DNA of 62,782 nt. Origin: Deltaproteobacteria bacterium (GTDB taxonomy: Bacteria > Bacillota > Desulfotomaculia > Desulfotomaculales > JAGUVT01). The notes under the pieces are model-generated. The model was given only the letters and a program-made list of their open reading frames with translations. It ran no database searches and was not told where the DNA came from. The DNA is taken from assembly GCA_020062745.1 (NCBI GenBank), contig JAGUVT010000016.1:1-62782 (forward strand), read 5' to 3'. The position numbers and the translations under genes are program-made. This document shows positions 45,398-55,152 of this stretch, piece after piece. Numbering within the stretch: the first letter of the stretch is position 1; the number at the start of each line of letters is the position of its first letter.

Positions 45398-46294
45398 TTG
45401 CAGCACATAGAAGCACAACCTTTCCTGGCTATAAGGGGCAAGCAGTTAGTTGGCTGCCTTACAGCCAGTACGCATAGTTTATTTCCTGATGAGAAGGCGG
45501 GGTTTTTTGGGTATTTTAAGATAGTTGATGATTACGAGGCAGGGAGTAGACTGTTGGAATCCGCAGCAGAGTGGCTGGCGGTCCGGGGCAGGGAACTGAT
45601 GATCGGGCCGGTAAACCTTTCGCCTTACGAACAGATGGGTCTTTTAGTAGAGGGCTTCGATCAACCGGCGCGGTTTATGATGCCTTACAACCCGCCTTAT
45701 TACGTTGATTTTTTTGAGAAAGCGGGGTTTCTTAAAGAGGCAGACTTTTACTCTTATTACTGTAGTCTTGATCAGCCCGTTCCGGCCAGACTGGTCCGGA
45801 TTGCCCGGCGGGCCGGGCGGGTGGCAGGGCTGAAAGTGCGTCCGGTTGACTTTTCTAAACTGGAAGGGGAGGGAGAAAGATTTTCTTTTATTCATAACGA
45901 GGCAATGAGGGCAACCTGGGGTTTTATTCCTCTTTCTTCAGCCGAAGGGATTGCTGTTTTGCGTGGTTTGCGTTTGTTTGCCGATCCGTCCATGATTTTA
46001 TTTGCCGAGGTTGACGATCACGCTGTTGCCTTATGTATGACTTTACCCGACCTTGATCCAAAGATGAAAACTGCCCGGCTGGCAGTGCTGGCGGTAGTTC
46101 CCGAATACCGCTTCAGGGGTTTGGAAGCGTTGTTGATTTTAGAAAGTTTAACGGTTTTACGTCGGAAAGGTTTTGTTGCGCTGGAAATTTCTTTGGTAGG
46201 GGAGGATAATATTATGGTAAAACGGATTATTGCCAACTTGCTGGGGGAGATGATAGCGAAGCGATACCGGGTTTACCGGAAAACTATTTTATAA
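45398..46294 (+). CDS. GNAT-like acyltransferase family protein (conserved unknown); the frame is open upstream to 45281
   Basis: Motifs MIGPVNLSPYEQMGLLVEGF, MPYNPPYYVDFFEKAGF. The upstream in-frame EIEIKEVSTKEDFFRF looks like the genuine N-terminus but has no ATG/GTG/TTG. Confidence 0.65.
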   Translation: MQHIEAQPFLAIRGKQLVGCLTASTHSLFPDEKAGFFGYFKIVDDYEAGSRLLESAAEWLAVRGRELMIGPVNLSPYEQMGLLVEGFDQPARFMMPYNPPYYVDFFEKAGFLKEADFYSYYCSLDQPVPARLVRIARRAGRVAGLKVRPVDFSKLEGEGERFSFIHNEAMRATWGFIPLSSAEGIAVLRGLRLFADPSMILFAEVDDHAVALCMTLPDLDPKMKTARLAVLAVVPEYRFRGLEALLILESLTVLRRKGFVALEISLVGEDNIMVKRIIANLLGEMIAKRYRVYRKTIL

Positions 46295-46326
46295 AAAACA
46301 GAAGAATCTTTAAGTGAGGAGTTCGA

Positions 46327-47727
46327 GTGGTGGAAAAATTCACTGCTTTTCAGGAGGCCGTTGTCCGTGCATGCCCGCAAGCCATTCTGGCTGTTGATGA
46401 GAACCTGGTGGTCAGGATTCTTAACCGGTCTGCTGAAAAGCTCCTGGGAGTCGAAAGCGCTGGTATTGTTGGACGTCATGTTGGTGAGGGAGGTTTTCTG
46501 GGCCAGAGCGTTTTTCAGGATTTACAGGAAACCGTGCAGACCGGGGAAGATCACAACAGCTCTTACTACCTGTTCAACGAGGAAGGACAGCGGGTTTTAG
46601 TTAACCTGCATACCAGCAGGATTGCTGACGGGGATGGGAACTGTCTAGGGGCCATGCTTGTTATAGAGGAACCAGCTTCCGGCATTGACTGCAGGCAATT
46701 TGAGTTAATATTGGATTGTATTGAAGAGGGAGTAATTGTTATTGATGCCGACCAGAGGGTGGTTATTTTTAACCGGGCCGCAGGAGAATGTTATAGTTTG
46801 GAAAGCAGGAACGTTGTCGGCCGTGATTTTGCTGAGGTTCTTTCGGTTGTGCCGCTAGAAGATCAGTTGGTCATTCGTACTGTGACTTTAGGTGAAGAAT
46901 TCAGTAAATACCACCATAGTTATGTGGTTGGGGGCCGGAGGCGTAGTTTTGTCAGTGATACGGCCAAGCTTACCGATGAAAAGGGTAAACTAACCGGGGC
47001 TATCCAGGTTTTTCGTGAAATAACTGCTTTGCAGGAACAGGAAAGGGTGGAGAACGCCGAAAGGCTTACCCTTATAAAACAAATAGCTTTCGGGGTGGCC
47101 CATAATATGCGTAATCCCCTGACCTCGGTAAGGGGATTTGTCCAGGTCGTGCAGGAAAAAGCTGCTGAGAATGCGATCAGTGATATTTCAGAATTTGCCA
47201 GGGTTGCTCTAAAAGAAATCGACCGGGTCAATGAATTGATCGGGGACTTTTTACACCTGGCTGATACTTTTGAAGTGCGCAAAGAGCCGGCGAATATAAA
47301 CAGCCTGCTGGATAGTATCTATGTTTTTATTAAAGGCAAAGCAGCTCTTTCCGGGGTAGTAGTGACCAGGGAGCCGGCCAGAGAATTACCATCTGTTAGT
47401 GTTGATGTAGTCCAAATAATTCAGGTATTCTTCAGCATTATCGACAATGCTCTGGAAGCCATGCAGGCGGGCGGACAACTAACGATTAGAACTTATTACC
47501 TGTCGCATGAGAATAAGGTCGGCATCGATTTTAGCGATACCGGTCCGGGGATTCCTGCCCATCTGCTTAAGGATATTTTTAACCCCTTTTTTGTTGTCAG
47601 GGAAGAAGGTACAGGCTTTGGCCTGGCCATTGCCAATAAAATTGTTTTCGAGCATGGCGGGGAACTGAAAGTAAAGAGCGAAGTAGGCAAAGGAACCACT
47701 TTTAGTGTTTACCTTCCCGTTCAGTAA
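46327..47727 (+). CDS. Cytoplasmic sensor histidine kinase (two PAS domains, HisKA, HATPase_c), orphan
   Basis: H-box FGVAHNMRNPLTSVRG, N-box IDNALEAM, G-boxes DTGPGIP and GTGFGLAI. No TM helix and no adjacent response regulator. Confidence 0.9.
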   Translation: MVEKFTAFQEAVVRACPQAILAVDENLVVRILNRSAEKLLGVESAGIVGRHVGEGGFLGQSVFQDLQETVQTGEDHNSSYYLFNEEGQRVLVNLHTSRIADGDGNCLGAMLVIEEPASGIDCRQFELILDCIEEGVIVIDADQRVVIFNRAAGECYSLESRNVVGRDFAEVLSVVPLEDQLVIRTVTLGEEFSKYHHSYVVGGRRRSFVSDTAKLTDEKGKLTGAIQVFREITALQEQERVENAERLTLIKQIAFGVAHNMRNPLTSVRGFVQVVQEKAAENAISDISEFARVALKEIDRVNELIGDFLHLADTFEVRKEPANINSLLDSIYVFIKGKAALSGVVVTREPARELPSVSVDVVQIIQVFFSIIDNALEAMQAGGQLTIRTYYLSHENKVGIDFSDTGPGIPAHLLKDIFNPFFVVREEGTGFGLAIANKIVFEHGGELKVKSEVGKGTTFSVYLPVQ

Positions 47728-47789
47728 ATTACAGAAGCTTTAAAGGATGTCATTTAACAATAAAAAGGAGCGGTTACAGTTAAGGAGAG

Positions 47790-49019
47790 ATGGTTGGGTT
47801 GGTAGAAAAAGCACCTACCTTGAATAAAGTTTTAAAGGCCAGACAAAATCTGGCTGGTGTGGCTTACCATACCCCGCTGGATTATTCCCGTACTTTTAGT
47901 GAGTTAACCGGCAATACCGTTTACTTGAAACTGGAAAACATGCAGAAGACCGGTTCATTTAAAATCAGGGGTGCTTATAATAAGATTTTAAACCTGACCG
48001 AGGGAGAACGGGCCCGTGGTGTAATTGCTGCTTCTGCTGGTAATCATGCCCAGGGGGTAGCCTGTGCTGCTGCCCGGGCCGGCATTAAAAGCACCATTGT
48101 AATGCCGGAGGGGGCTCCAATTTCTAAAGTGATGGCCACCCGCGGGTATGGCGCCCAGGTGGTTTTGAGCGGGAGGGATTACGATGACGCCTACCAGCAG
48201 GCACAGGCGTTGCAGCAGGAAACAGGGTCTGTTTTTATTCATGGTTTTGACGACTTAGAAGTCATTACCGGGCAGGGTACTATTGCTTTGGAACTGCTGG
48301 ATGATCTGCCGGATGTGGAAGCAGTGCTGGTGCCTGTAGGAGGTGGCGGATTGATTGCCGGCATTTCTTTTGGCTTGAAGCAGCTTAAACCCCGGACGCG
48401 GATTATTGGTATACAGGCTGCCGGCGCCCCGGCTGTATGTCTTTCCTTCCAGGAAGGCCGGCTGCATGAGAGTTCATCAACCAGTACTTTTGCCGATGGG
48501 ATAGCCATCAGAAAACCCGGGCAGGTTACTTTTAACTTAATCCGTCATTATGTAGATGAAATGCTTACGGTTACCGATGAGGAAATTGCCGGAGCTATTT
48601 TAATGCTGTTGGAACGGTCTAAAATTGTAGTGGAAGGGGCCGGGGCGGTTGGGCTGGCCGCCCTTTTGCAAAGAAAAACGGGCTTAAACGGGGTTAAAAC
48701 GGCAGTTGTTTTAAGCGGCGGCAATATTGATATGAATATTATATCGATCATTATTGAGCGGGGTCTGGTAAATTCCGGCCGTTATGTTATCCTGCATACC
48801 ATTATTGATGATAAGCCCGGCAGTTTGCAGAAACTGCTGGCAGTGATAGCTGAAACCAGGGCTAATGTAATTGCAGTTAAACACGACCGCATTAATCCCA
48901 CCGTTCCCTTAAAACAGGCAGAAGTAAGGTTAACCCTGGAAACAAAGGACCGGGACCATATTAAGCAAATCAGAACTGCCCTGGCAGAATCCGATTACGA
49001 GACAGAAATAATTTCTTAA
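47790..49019 (+). CDS. ilvA: Threonine ammonia-lyase (biodegradative-length IlvA/TdcB type with a C-terminal ACT-like domain)
   Basis: PLP lysine motif QKTGSFKIRGA, SAGNHAQG, GGGGL. The start may be TTG 47799. Confidence 0.9.
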   Translation: MVGLVEKAPTLNKVLKARQNLAGVAYHTPLDYSRTFSELTGNTVYLKLENMQKTGSFKIRGAYNKILNLTEGERARGVIAASAGNHAQGVACAAARAGIKSTIVMPEGAPISKVMATRGYGAQVVLSGRDYDDAYQQAQALQQETGSVFIHGFDDLEVITGQGTIALELLDDLPDVEAVLVPVGGGGLIAGISFGLKQLKPRTRIIGIQAAGAPAVCLSFQEGRLHESSSTSTFADGIAIRKPGQVTFNLIRHYVDEMLTVTDEEIAGAILMLLERSKIVVEGAGAVGLAALLQRKTGLNGVKTAVVLSGGNIDMNIISIIIERGLVNSGRYVILHTIIDDKPGSLQKLLAVIAETRANVIAVKHDRINPTVPLKQAEVRLTLETKDRDHIKQIRTALAESDYETEIIS

Positions 49020-49030
49020 ACCATATTTTT

Positions 49031-49059
49031 CCCTGGCAAAAAGGAGGAATTTGCCAGGG
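49031..49059 (+). other. Perfect 10-bp inverted repeat CCCTGGCAAA/TTTGCCAGGG with loop AAGGAGGAA
   Basis: Read directly, between ilvA and spoVG. No T-tract follows. Confidence 0.6.
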
Positions 49060-49110
49060 AATGTAGAAAAATTGTGTAATTTATGGTTTTTAAGGAAGGT
49101 GAAAGGGTTG

Positions 49111-49365
49111 GTGGAGGTTACCGATGTCAGGATAAGGAAGGTTTTAGCCGGTGGAAAAATGAAGGCTGTTGTTTCGGTGATTTTAAACGATGCTTTTGCG
49201 GTTCATGATGTAAAGATAGTGGAAGGACGAAGCGGGCTTTTTGTAGCAATGCCCAGCCGTAAAAACGCAAACGGGGAATTTCGCGATGTGGCGCACCCGA
49301 TTACCTCTGCGGCCCGTGCTTTAATTCAGGATGCTGTATTGGAGGCATATACTAAAGTTACTTAA
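49111..49365 (+). CDS. spoVG: Septation/sporulation regulator SpoVG
   Basis: EVTDVRIRKV...GLFVAMPSRKNANGEFRDVAHPITSAARALIQDAVLEAY is collinear with Bacillus SpoVG. GTG 49111 (or TTG 49108). Confidence 0.95.
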   Translation: MEVTDVRIRKVLAGGKMKAVVSVILNDAFAVHDVKIVEGRSGLFVAMPSRKNANGEFRDVAHPITSAARALIQDAVLEAYTKVT

Positions 49366-49490
49366 AGAGAGTAAAAGGCTCTCTTTTTTTATCATTATTT
49401 TGGCTGGTGAAACTTTTTACGGAAGAAGGAAAAGAAAACTTTTTGTTGAATGGGTAATAATACATAAAAACGTTAAGGAGATTGCTCTTT

Positions 49491-50855
49491 ATGCAACTGG
49501 CAGCAGTAATTCTGGCGGCCGGTAAAGGTACCCGGATGAAGTCAAAACTGCCAAAAGTTTTGCATAAGCTTTGCGGCCGGCCGATTATTGATTATGTTTT
49601 AGATGCTGTTCTTGCTGCCGGTATTGAAAAAGTTATAGTGGTGACCGGTTACGGGGCGCCGGAAGTTGCCCGGGTTTTGGGAGACCGGGCGGGAACAGCC
49701 CTTCAAGCGGAGCAGTTGGGTACCGCTCATGCCCTCCAGCAAGTCTACCCATATATAAAAGGTTTCCCCGGCCGATTGCTGGTTCTTTGTGGTGACACCC
49801 CTTTAATTTCCCCCCATACCTTTACTGATCTGGTTAAACAGCATATAGCTCTTGGCGCTTCGGCTACTATGCTGACAACGGAAATTCCGGATCCTGGCGG
49901 GTACGGCCGGGTAATCCGGGACGAGCAGGGCCGGGTGGTGCGGATTGTCGAACAAAAAGACGCCACTGCGGAGGAACTGCTGATCCGGGAGGTTAATACG
50001 GGCATATATTGCTTTGATGTGGCGGGACTCTTTGAATCTTTAGCTGAAATTTTGCCTGCCAATGCCCAGAAGGAATACTACCTTACCGATGTTATCGGGC
50101 TTTACGTGCGCCGGGGATTGGTTGTTGGCGCCGTAACGGCGGATTTCCGGGAAACCATGGGAATCAACGACCGCCGGCAGTTGGCCGCTGTGGAAGCCGT
50201 AATGCGCCGGCAGGTGCTGGATGACCTGATGGATTCCGGTGTTACGGTTATAGATCCCGCTTCTACTTTTGTCGACCGACAGGTCCGGATCGGGCAGGAT
50301 ACTGTAGTTTATCCTTTTACTTTTGTTGAAGGTAAAACAGTGATTGGTGAAGATTGCGTTATCGGGCCGGGTGCCCGGCTGGTTAATGCCCGGATCGGAA
50401 ACAACGTGACGATTCAACACTCCATAATTACGGATAGTGAGATAAACGACGGCGCATCGGTTGGCCCCTTTGCCTGTATTCGCCCGGAAACCGTGATTGG
50501 GCGAGGGGTCAGGGTGGGTAATTTTGTTGAGGTCAAAAAATCCGTAATTGGGAACAACAGCAAGGTGCCTCATTTAAGTTATGTGGGCGATGCCACTATC
50601 GGTGAAAACGTCAATATCGGGGCAGGCACTATTACCTGTAATTACGATGGTGAAAATAAGTGGCCTACCCGTATCGGGGACGGCGCTTTCGTCGGCAGCA
50701 ACACCAACCTGGTGGCGCCGGTAGAAGTGGGTCCCGGGGCGATCATCGGGGCGGGCTCCACCATAACCAAGGATGTTCCGGCCGGCGCCCTGGGCGTGGA
50801 GCGGGCCCGCCAGTCCGTCATTCCGAACTGGGCGGCTAAAAAGAAAAAGAGATAA
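49491..50855 (+). CDS. glmU: Bifunctional UDP-N-acetylglucosamine pyrophosphorylase / GlcN-1-P acetyltransferase
   Basis: AVILAAGKGTRMKS and C-terminal left-handed beta-helix hexapeptide repeats. Confidence 0.96.
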   Translation: MQLAAVILAAGKGTRMKSKLPKVLHKLCGRPIIDYVLDAVLAAGIEKVIVVTGYGAPEVARVLGDRAGTALQAEQLGTAHALQQVYPYIKGFPGRLLVLCGDTPLISPHTFTDLVKQHIALGASATMLTTEIPDPGGYGRVIRDEQGRVVRIVEQKDATAEELLIREVNTGIYCFDVAGLFESLAEILPANAQKEYYLTDVIGLYVRRGLVVGAVTADFRETMGINDRRQLAAVEAVMRRQVLDDLMDSGVTVIDPASTFVDRQVRIGQDTVVYPFTFVEGKTVIGEDCVIGPGARLVNARIGNNVTIQHSIITDSEINDGASVGPFACIRPETVIGRGVRVGNFVEVKKSVIGNNSKVPHLSYVGDATIGENVNIGAGTITCNYDGENKWPTRIGDGAFVGSNTNLVAPVEVGPGAIIGAGSTITKDVPAGALGVERARQSVIPNWAAKKKKR

Positions 50856-50979
50856 GACGCTTATGTCGCGTTGCGGCACCAGCGTAAAGGATGAAAATGA
50901 CGCATGTCATTGCGAGGGCTATTAAGCCCGTGGCAATTTCTACTAATGGACAATGTGCTGAAAACTGACTGCTGACGGC
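50856..50979. repeat. Intergenic repeat locus L11 (C block, left half of module A, module B)
   Basis: GACGCTTATGTCGCGTTGCGGCACCAGCG...GAAAATGACGCATGTCATTGCGAGG and CTGACTGCTGACGGCT. The C block is near-identical to 25754-25812. Confidence 0.85.
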
Positions 50980-51009
50980 TTGATTAAACTGTTTGGGGGT
51001 AGGCTTAAA

Positions 51010-51957
51010 ATGTTTTCGGACAACAAAAGGCTTAAAATATTTGCCGGTAACGCAAATACCGGGCTGGCCGAAGAAATTGCCCGCTACCTGGGCGTGACCA
51101 TTGGCGCTGCCGAGATAAAGCGGTTCAGCGATGGAGAAGTACAGGTGAGAATTAATGAAAGCGTCCGCGGCGCCGATGTTTTTGTCATCCAGCCTACCTG
51201 CAACCCGGTCAACGAAAATTTGATGGAACTGCTGGTCATGGTGGACGCCATCCGGCGCGCTTCAGCCCGGCGGATAACTGCGGTGCTGCCTTATTACGGC
51301 TATGCCAGGCAGGATCGCAAGACCAGGGCCCGAGACCCGATTACAGCCAAGCTGGTGGCCAACATCCTGGTTGCCAGCGGCGCCAGGCGGGTAGTCTGCA
51401 TGGACCTGCACGCCGGCCAGATTCAGGGCTTTTTTGATATTCCGGTGGATCACCTGCCCGGCGTGCCGATCCTGGCCGAATATATTTTACAAAGCCAGTT
51501 GAAAGAAGTAGTGGTAGTGTCGCCGGACCTGGGCAGCGTCACCAGGGCCAGGGATCTGTCCGAGCGTATCGGCGCCCCGATTGCCATTATCGACAAGCGG
51601 CGGCCCGAGCCCAATGTAGTGGAAATTACGAATATAATCGGCGCCATTCAAGACAAGACGGTAGTGATGATTGACGACCTGATTGACACGGCGGGTACCA
51701 TTACCAAGGGGGCAGCAGCTTTAAAACAATGGGGGGCGAAGGATATTTATGTCTGCTGTACCCACGCCGTGCTTTCCGGACCTGCTGTACAACGGCTGGC
51801 GGAAGCGCCGATCAAGGAAGTGGTGGTGACCAATACGATCCCGGTACCGAAAGAAAAAATGATTGACAAGATCAAAGTGCTTTCGGTAGCCCCTTTGCTG
51901 GGCGAAGCCATTATCCGCATTTATGAGGATCTGTCGGTAAGCAAATTATTTGACTAG
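51010..51957 (+). CDS. prs: Ribose-phosphate pyrophosphokinase
   Basis: [22 protein letters not shown] loop [12 protein letters not shown]. Confidence 0.96.
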   Translation: MFSDNKRLKIFAGNANTGLAEEIARYLGVTIGAAEIKRFSDGEVQVRINESVRGADVFVIQPTCNPVNENLMELLVMVDAIRRASARRITAVLPYYGYARQDRKTRARDPITAKLVANILVASGARRVVCMDLHAGQIQGFFDIPVDHLPGVPILAEYILQSQLKEVVVVSPDLGSVTRARDLSERIGAPIAIIDKRRPEPNVVEITNIIGAIQDKTVVMIDDLIDTAGTITKGAAALKQWGAKDIYVCCTHAVLSGPAVQRLAEAPIKEVVVTNTIPVPKEKMIDKIKVLSVAPLLGEAIIRIYEDLSVSKLFD

Positions 51958-51961
51958 GGGG

Positions 51962-52450
51962 ATGGAAATGCTTAAAGAACCGGAAAGGTATTTTTTTGAG
52001 GATTTGGCAATCGGGGATAAAGTCGTTTCGCCCGGCCGGACGGTGACGGAAGCGGATATAGTCGTGTTTGCCGGTCTTTCCGCGGACTACATGCCTCTTC
52101 ATACTGACGCCGAGTTTTCCAAAAAATCAATTTTTGGGGAACGGGTGGCTCACGGGTTGCTTGGCCTGATTATAGCTTCCGGGTTGTTTACCAGGACAGA
52201 GTTGTCGGCCGGGATGAGAGAAACGGCACTGGCGTTGCTGGGTATCAACTCATGGAGATTTTTAGGGCCGATTAAGATCGGTGATACCGTTCATGTCGAA
52301 GTTGAAGTGGCGGAAAAGAGGGAGACAAGCAACCCCGGTCGGGGAATTGTTACTTTTAAAAGGCGGCTGATCAATCAGAGAGGGGAGATAGTGCAGGAGG
52401 GTGAAACACCGATGATGTTACGCAGAAAGGAGAAGAGTAATGAGAGTTAA
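51962..52450 (+). CDS. MaoC-like (R)-specific enoyl-CoA hydratase/dehydratase (hot-dog fold)
   Basis: TVTEADIVVFAGLSADYMPLHTD...FGERVAHG hydratase-2 motif region. Confidence 0.85.
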   Translation: MEMLKEPERYFFEDLAIGDKVVSPGRTVTEADIVVFAGLSADYMPLHTDAEFSKKSIFGERVAHGLLGLIIASGLFTRTELSAGMRETALALLGINSWRFLGPIKIGDTVHVEVEVAEKRETSNPGRGIVTFKRRLINQRGEIVQEGETPMMLRRKEKSNES

Positions 52451-53183
52451 AGATCGGGTAGCGATAATTACCGGCTCCGGCAGCGGTATCGGCAGGGCCA
52501 CGGCACACCGGCTGGCGGAGGAAGGAGCGAAAGTGGTAATCACGGATATTGTTGAAGAACGGGCAGCAAGTGCAGCGGCGGAAATTACGAGTAAAGGCGG
52601 CACGGCTATAGCAGTAAAGGCGGATGTATCGAAGAGCAGTGAGGTCGAAAACCTGATCAACAAAACCATTGAGGCTTTCGGCCGGATCGACATTCTGGTG
52701 AACAACGCCGGTTTTACTGTTGACGCGCTTATCAAAAACATGACTGAGGAAATGTGGGATGCGGTGGTGGATACCTGCCTCAAGGGGGCGTTTTTGTGTT
52801 CCAAATTTGCTTCTAATTATATGATCGAACAGAATTACGGGAAGATTGTGAACATTTCATCACGAGCCTACCTCGGTAATCCCGGCCAGGCCAATTATTC
52901 CTCGGCCAAGGCGGGGATAGTCGGCCTGACCCGCTCCCTGGCTTTGGAGCTTGGCCGCTATAACATCAACGTAAATGCTGTTGCGCCCGGCATGGTCAAT
53001 ACTGAAGGGCTTAAGAGCCACCCGAAATATGATTTCTTAATTGAACGTTCGATAAAGAACACTCCTCTGAAACGTGTCGGTGAACCGGTGGATATAGCCA
53101 ATGTCATACTATTCCTGGTTTCCGATGAATCTTCTTATATCACCGGCGACGTACTGCATGTAACCGGCGGAAGATACGCCTGA
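52440..53183 (+). CDS. Short-chain dehydrogenase/reductase (FabG-like)
   Basis: TGSGSGIGRA, NNAG, catalytic YSSAK. Confidence 0.9.
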   Translation: MRVKDRVAIITGSGSGIGRATAHRLAEEGAKVVITDIVEERAASAAAEITSKGGTAIAVKADVSKSSEVENLINKTIEAFGRIDILVNNAGFTVDALIKNMTEEMWDAVVDTCLKGAFLCSKFASNYMIEQNYGKIVNISSRAYLGNPGQANYSSAKAGIVGLTRSLALELGRYNINVNAVAPGMVNTEGLKSHPKYDFLIERSIKNTPLKRVGEPVDIANVILFLVSDESSYITGDVLHVTGGRYA

Positions 53184-53207
53184 GAGTATTCACGCCTGTA
53201 GAGATTG

Positions 53208-53250
53208 TCGAAAATCCCTGTTTTATCGTTGCGAGCGACCTTGAGGCGAG
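53208..53250. repeat. Intergenic repeat locus L12 (tail plus degenerate left half of module A) inside the catabolic cluster
   Basis: GTCGAAAATCCCTGTTTTATCGTTGCGAGCGACC, compared with CCTGAAAATCGCCCTTTTTGTCATTGCGAGCCGCC at 28081. Confidence 0.65.
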
Positions 53251-53283
53251 CCCCGATCATCATTTTGGCTTCTGGAGGTTTAT

Positions 53284-55098
53284 ATGCAAAACGGTGTAAA
53301 TGATATAAGTGGGATATATGAAGTGCTGGAGAGGCGGTTCAGCTTGCCCCGGAACGAGGGTACCGATAAGATTTGTTCGCTGCCTGAAGCAGTTAGAAAG
53401 CATGTGCGGCCCGGGATGGCCCTTCATTTCGGGCAAAATGGGGCGAGGTGGCCGGCAGCTGCTGTTTTCGAGGTGGCCAGGCAGTTCTGGGGCACAAAGC
53501 CGGATTTCACCCTGGTCGGCATTTCAATGAATGTTGTGCAGTCCGTGCTGGTGCACGGCGGGCTGGTAAAAAAACTTGTAACCACGTATTGCGGCGATCC
53601 TTACAACACCCCTGCTCCGAACGGTGTCTACCAGCGGGTTTACCTGGACGGTTCGGTGGAAATAGAGAACTGGACCATTCTTACCCTTCCCCTGCGCCTG
53701 AAAGCTGCTGCCATGGGCGTCGCTTATACCACTACAAACTCTATTATCGGCAGCAGTATGGAAGAAGAAAATAGCGAAAAGGGATTGTTCAAGGTGGTTG
53801 AAGACCCCTTCGGAAGCGACAGGAAAGTAGGTCTGATGCCTGCCCTGTACCCGGACTTGAGTTTTGTGCATGGCTGGGCTGCCGACCGCTACGGTAATAC
53901 GCTTATTCTTTCTCCATCGGCTGAAAATACATTTGGCGCTATGGCCAGCAGGAACGGCGTGATAGTTACCGCAGAAAAAATAGTTGACACTGAATATATA
54001 AGAAAGAACGCTCACCTTATGGCATTGCCCGGTGATTATGTACGGTGTGTTTGTGAGGCGCCGTTTGGAGCTCACCCATCGGGCATGGTAAATATCGGCC
54101 TGCCTGATTTTGATGGATATGCAGAAGACTATGATTTTGTGGACGGCGGCCGGATGGCTTCAAAAGACCCGGAAAGTTTTGAGCGGTGGGTGCGGGAGTG
54201 GGTGCTGGGCTGTGAGGATCACCAGGCCTATCTCCGCAAGCTGGGCGCCGACCGGATCCTCTACTTGAAGGGGAAAAGCCACGCCGACGCCTGGCGTTAT
54301 GATCTCAGCGTTATTAGCGAGGAGATTGCCGCCGGTTCCTACACCGCCCTGGAAATGGCGCTGGTAGCGACGGGGCGGGAGATAAAGAAGAGGATAAAGG
54401 CCGGTAATTTGAGGACCATCCTGGCCGGCGCCGGTATTGCCAACCTGGGTACCTGGCTGGCCTACTACGACTTGAAGGCGGAAGGGTACGACGTGGAGTT
54501 AATGGCGGAGGTGGGGCTTTACGGTTATAACCCGCGGCCTTTGGATCCCGCTGTTTTTAACCAGCGGAATTTCTTCACCTGTAAGGCGTTGACTGATACC
54601 CACACCTTGATGGGGATTTATATGAGCGGCGCCAATAACCGCTGTCTCGGCGTGCTGGGGTTCGGCCAGATCGACAAAAAGGGAAACATCAATACCACCA
54701 AAATACCGGGTAAGACTTATATTGCGGGCTCCGGCGGAGCCAATGACATTGCCAGCAATGTGCGTGAGATTGTGGCCGTGGGCACTCAGGATAAAAGAAG
54801 GTTTTTAGACCGCGTTTCTTATGTTACTTCACCCGGCGAAAGGGTGAGGACGCTGGTTTCCGACCTCGGAATTTATGAAAAATTACCGGGTGAGGATGAG
54901 TTTACCCTGACGGCGTACTTTCCTGCCGGAAGGTTCTCTTCAGTAGAGGAAAACGTGCGCCATATAAAGGAAAACTGCGGCTGGGACTTGAAAGTGGCGC
55001 GAAACCCTGCCGGAATCAAACCGCCGGCCGGAGAAGAGCTGATCATGCTTCGCCTGTTTGATCCGCGGCGGCACTTTCTGGGCGAGCCGGCTTCATGA
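53284..55098 (+). CDS. Family I CoA-transferase, fused alpha-beta (glutaconate CoA-transferase GctA/GctB-like)
   Basis: The N-half resembles GctA (KICSLPEAVRKHVRPGMALHFG...LRLKAAAMG). The C-half resembles GctB (AGAGIANL, MAEVGLYG, LGFGQIDKKGNIN, AGSGGANDIA). Confidence 0.8.
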   Translation: MQNGVNDISGIYEVLERRFSLPRNEGTDKICSLPEAVRKHVRPGMALHFGQNGARWPAAAVFEVARQFWGTKPDFTLVGISMNVVQSVLVHGGLVKKLVTTYCGDPYNTPAPNGVYQRVYLDGSVEIENWTILTLPLRLKAAAMGVAYTTTNSIIGSSMEEENSEKGLFKVVEDPFGSDRKVGLMPALYPDLSFVHGWAADRYGNTLILSPSAENTFGAMASRNGVIVTAEKIVDTEYIRKNAHLMALPGDYVRCVCEAPFGAHPSGMVNIGLPDFDGYAEDYDFVDGGRMASKDPESFERWVREWVLGCEDHQAYLRKLGADRILYLKGKSHADAWRYDLSVISEEIAAGSYTALEMALVATGREIKKRIKAGNLRTILAGAGIANLGTWLAYYDLKAEGYDVELMAEVGLYGYNPRPLDPAVFNQRNFFTCKALTDTHTLMGIYMSGANNRCLGVLGFGQIDKKGNINTTKIPGKTYIAGSGGANDIASNVREIVAVGTQDKRRFLDRVSYVTSPGERVRTLVSDLGIYEKLPGEDEFTLTAYFPAGRFSSVEENVRHIKENCGWDLKVARNPAGIKPPAGEELIMLRLFDPRRHFLGEPAS

Positions 55099-55152
55099 AG
55101 AAAGCAAAATATAATGTATGGCTCCAAAATATTGAGATAGGAGGAGAGAAAA

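Noticed and set aside
49044-49075. Sigma-H promoter for spoVG (AGGAATT ... GAAT)
   Set aside because: By my count only about 7 nt separate the two elements, against the roughly 14-15 nt expected from the RNAGGAWWW-N11-12-RNNGAATWW consensus.
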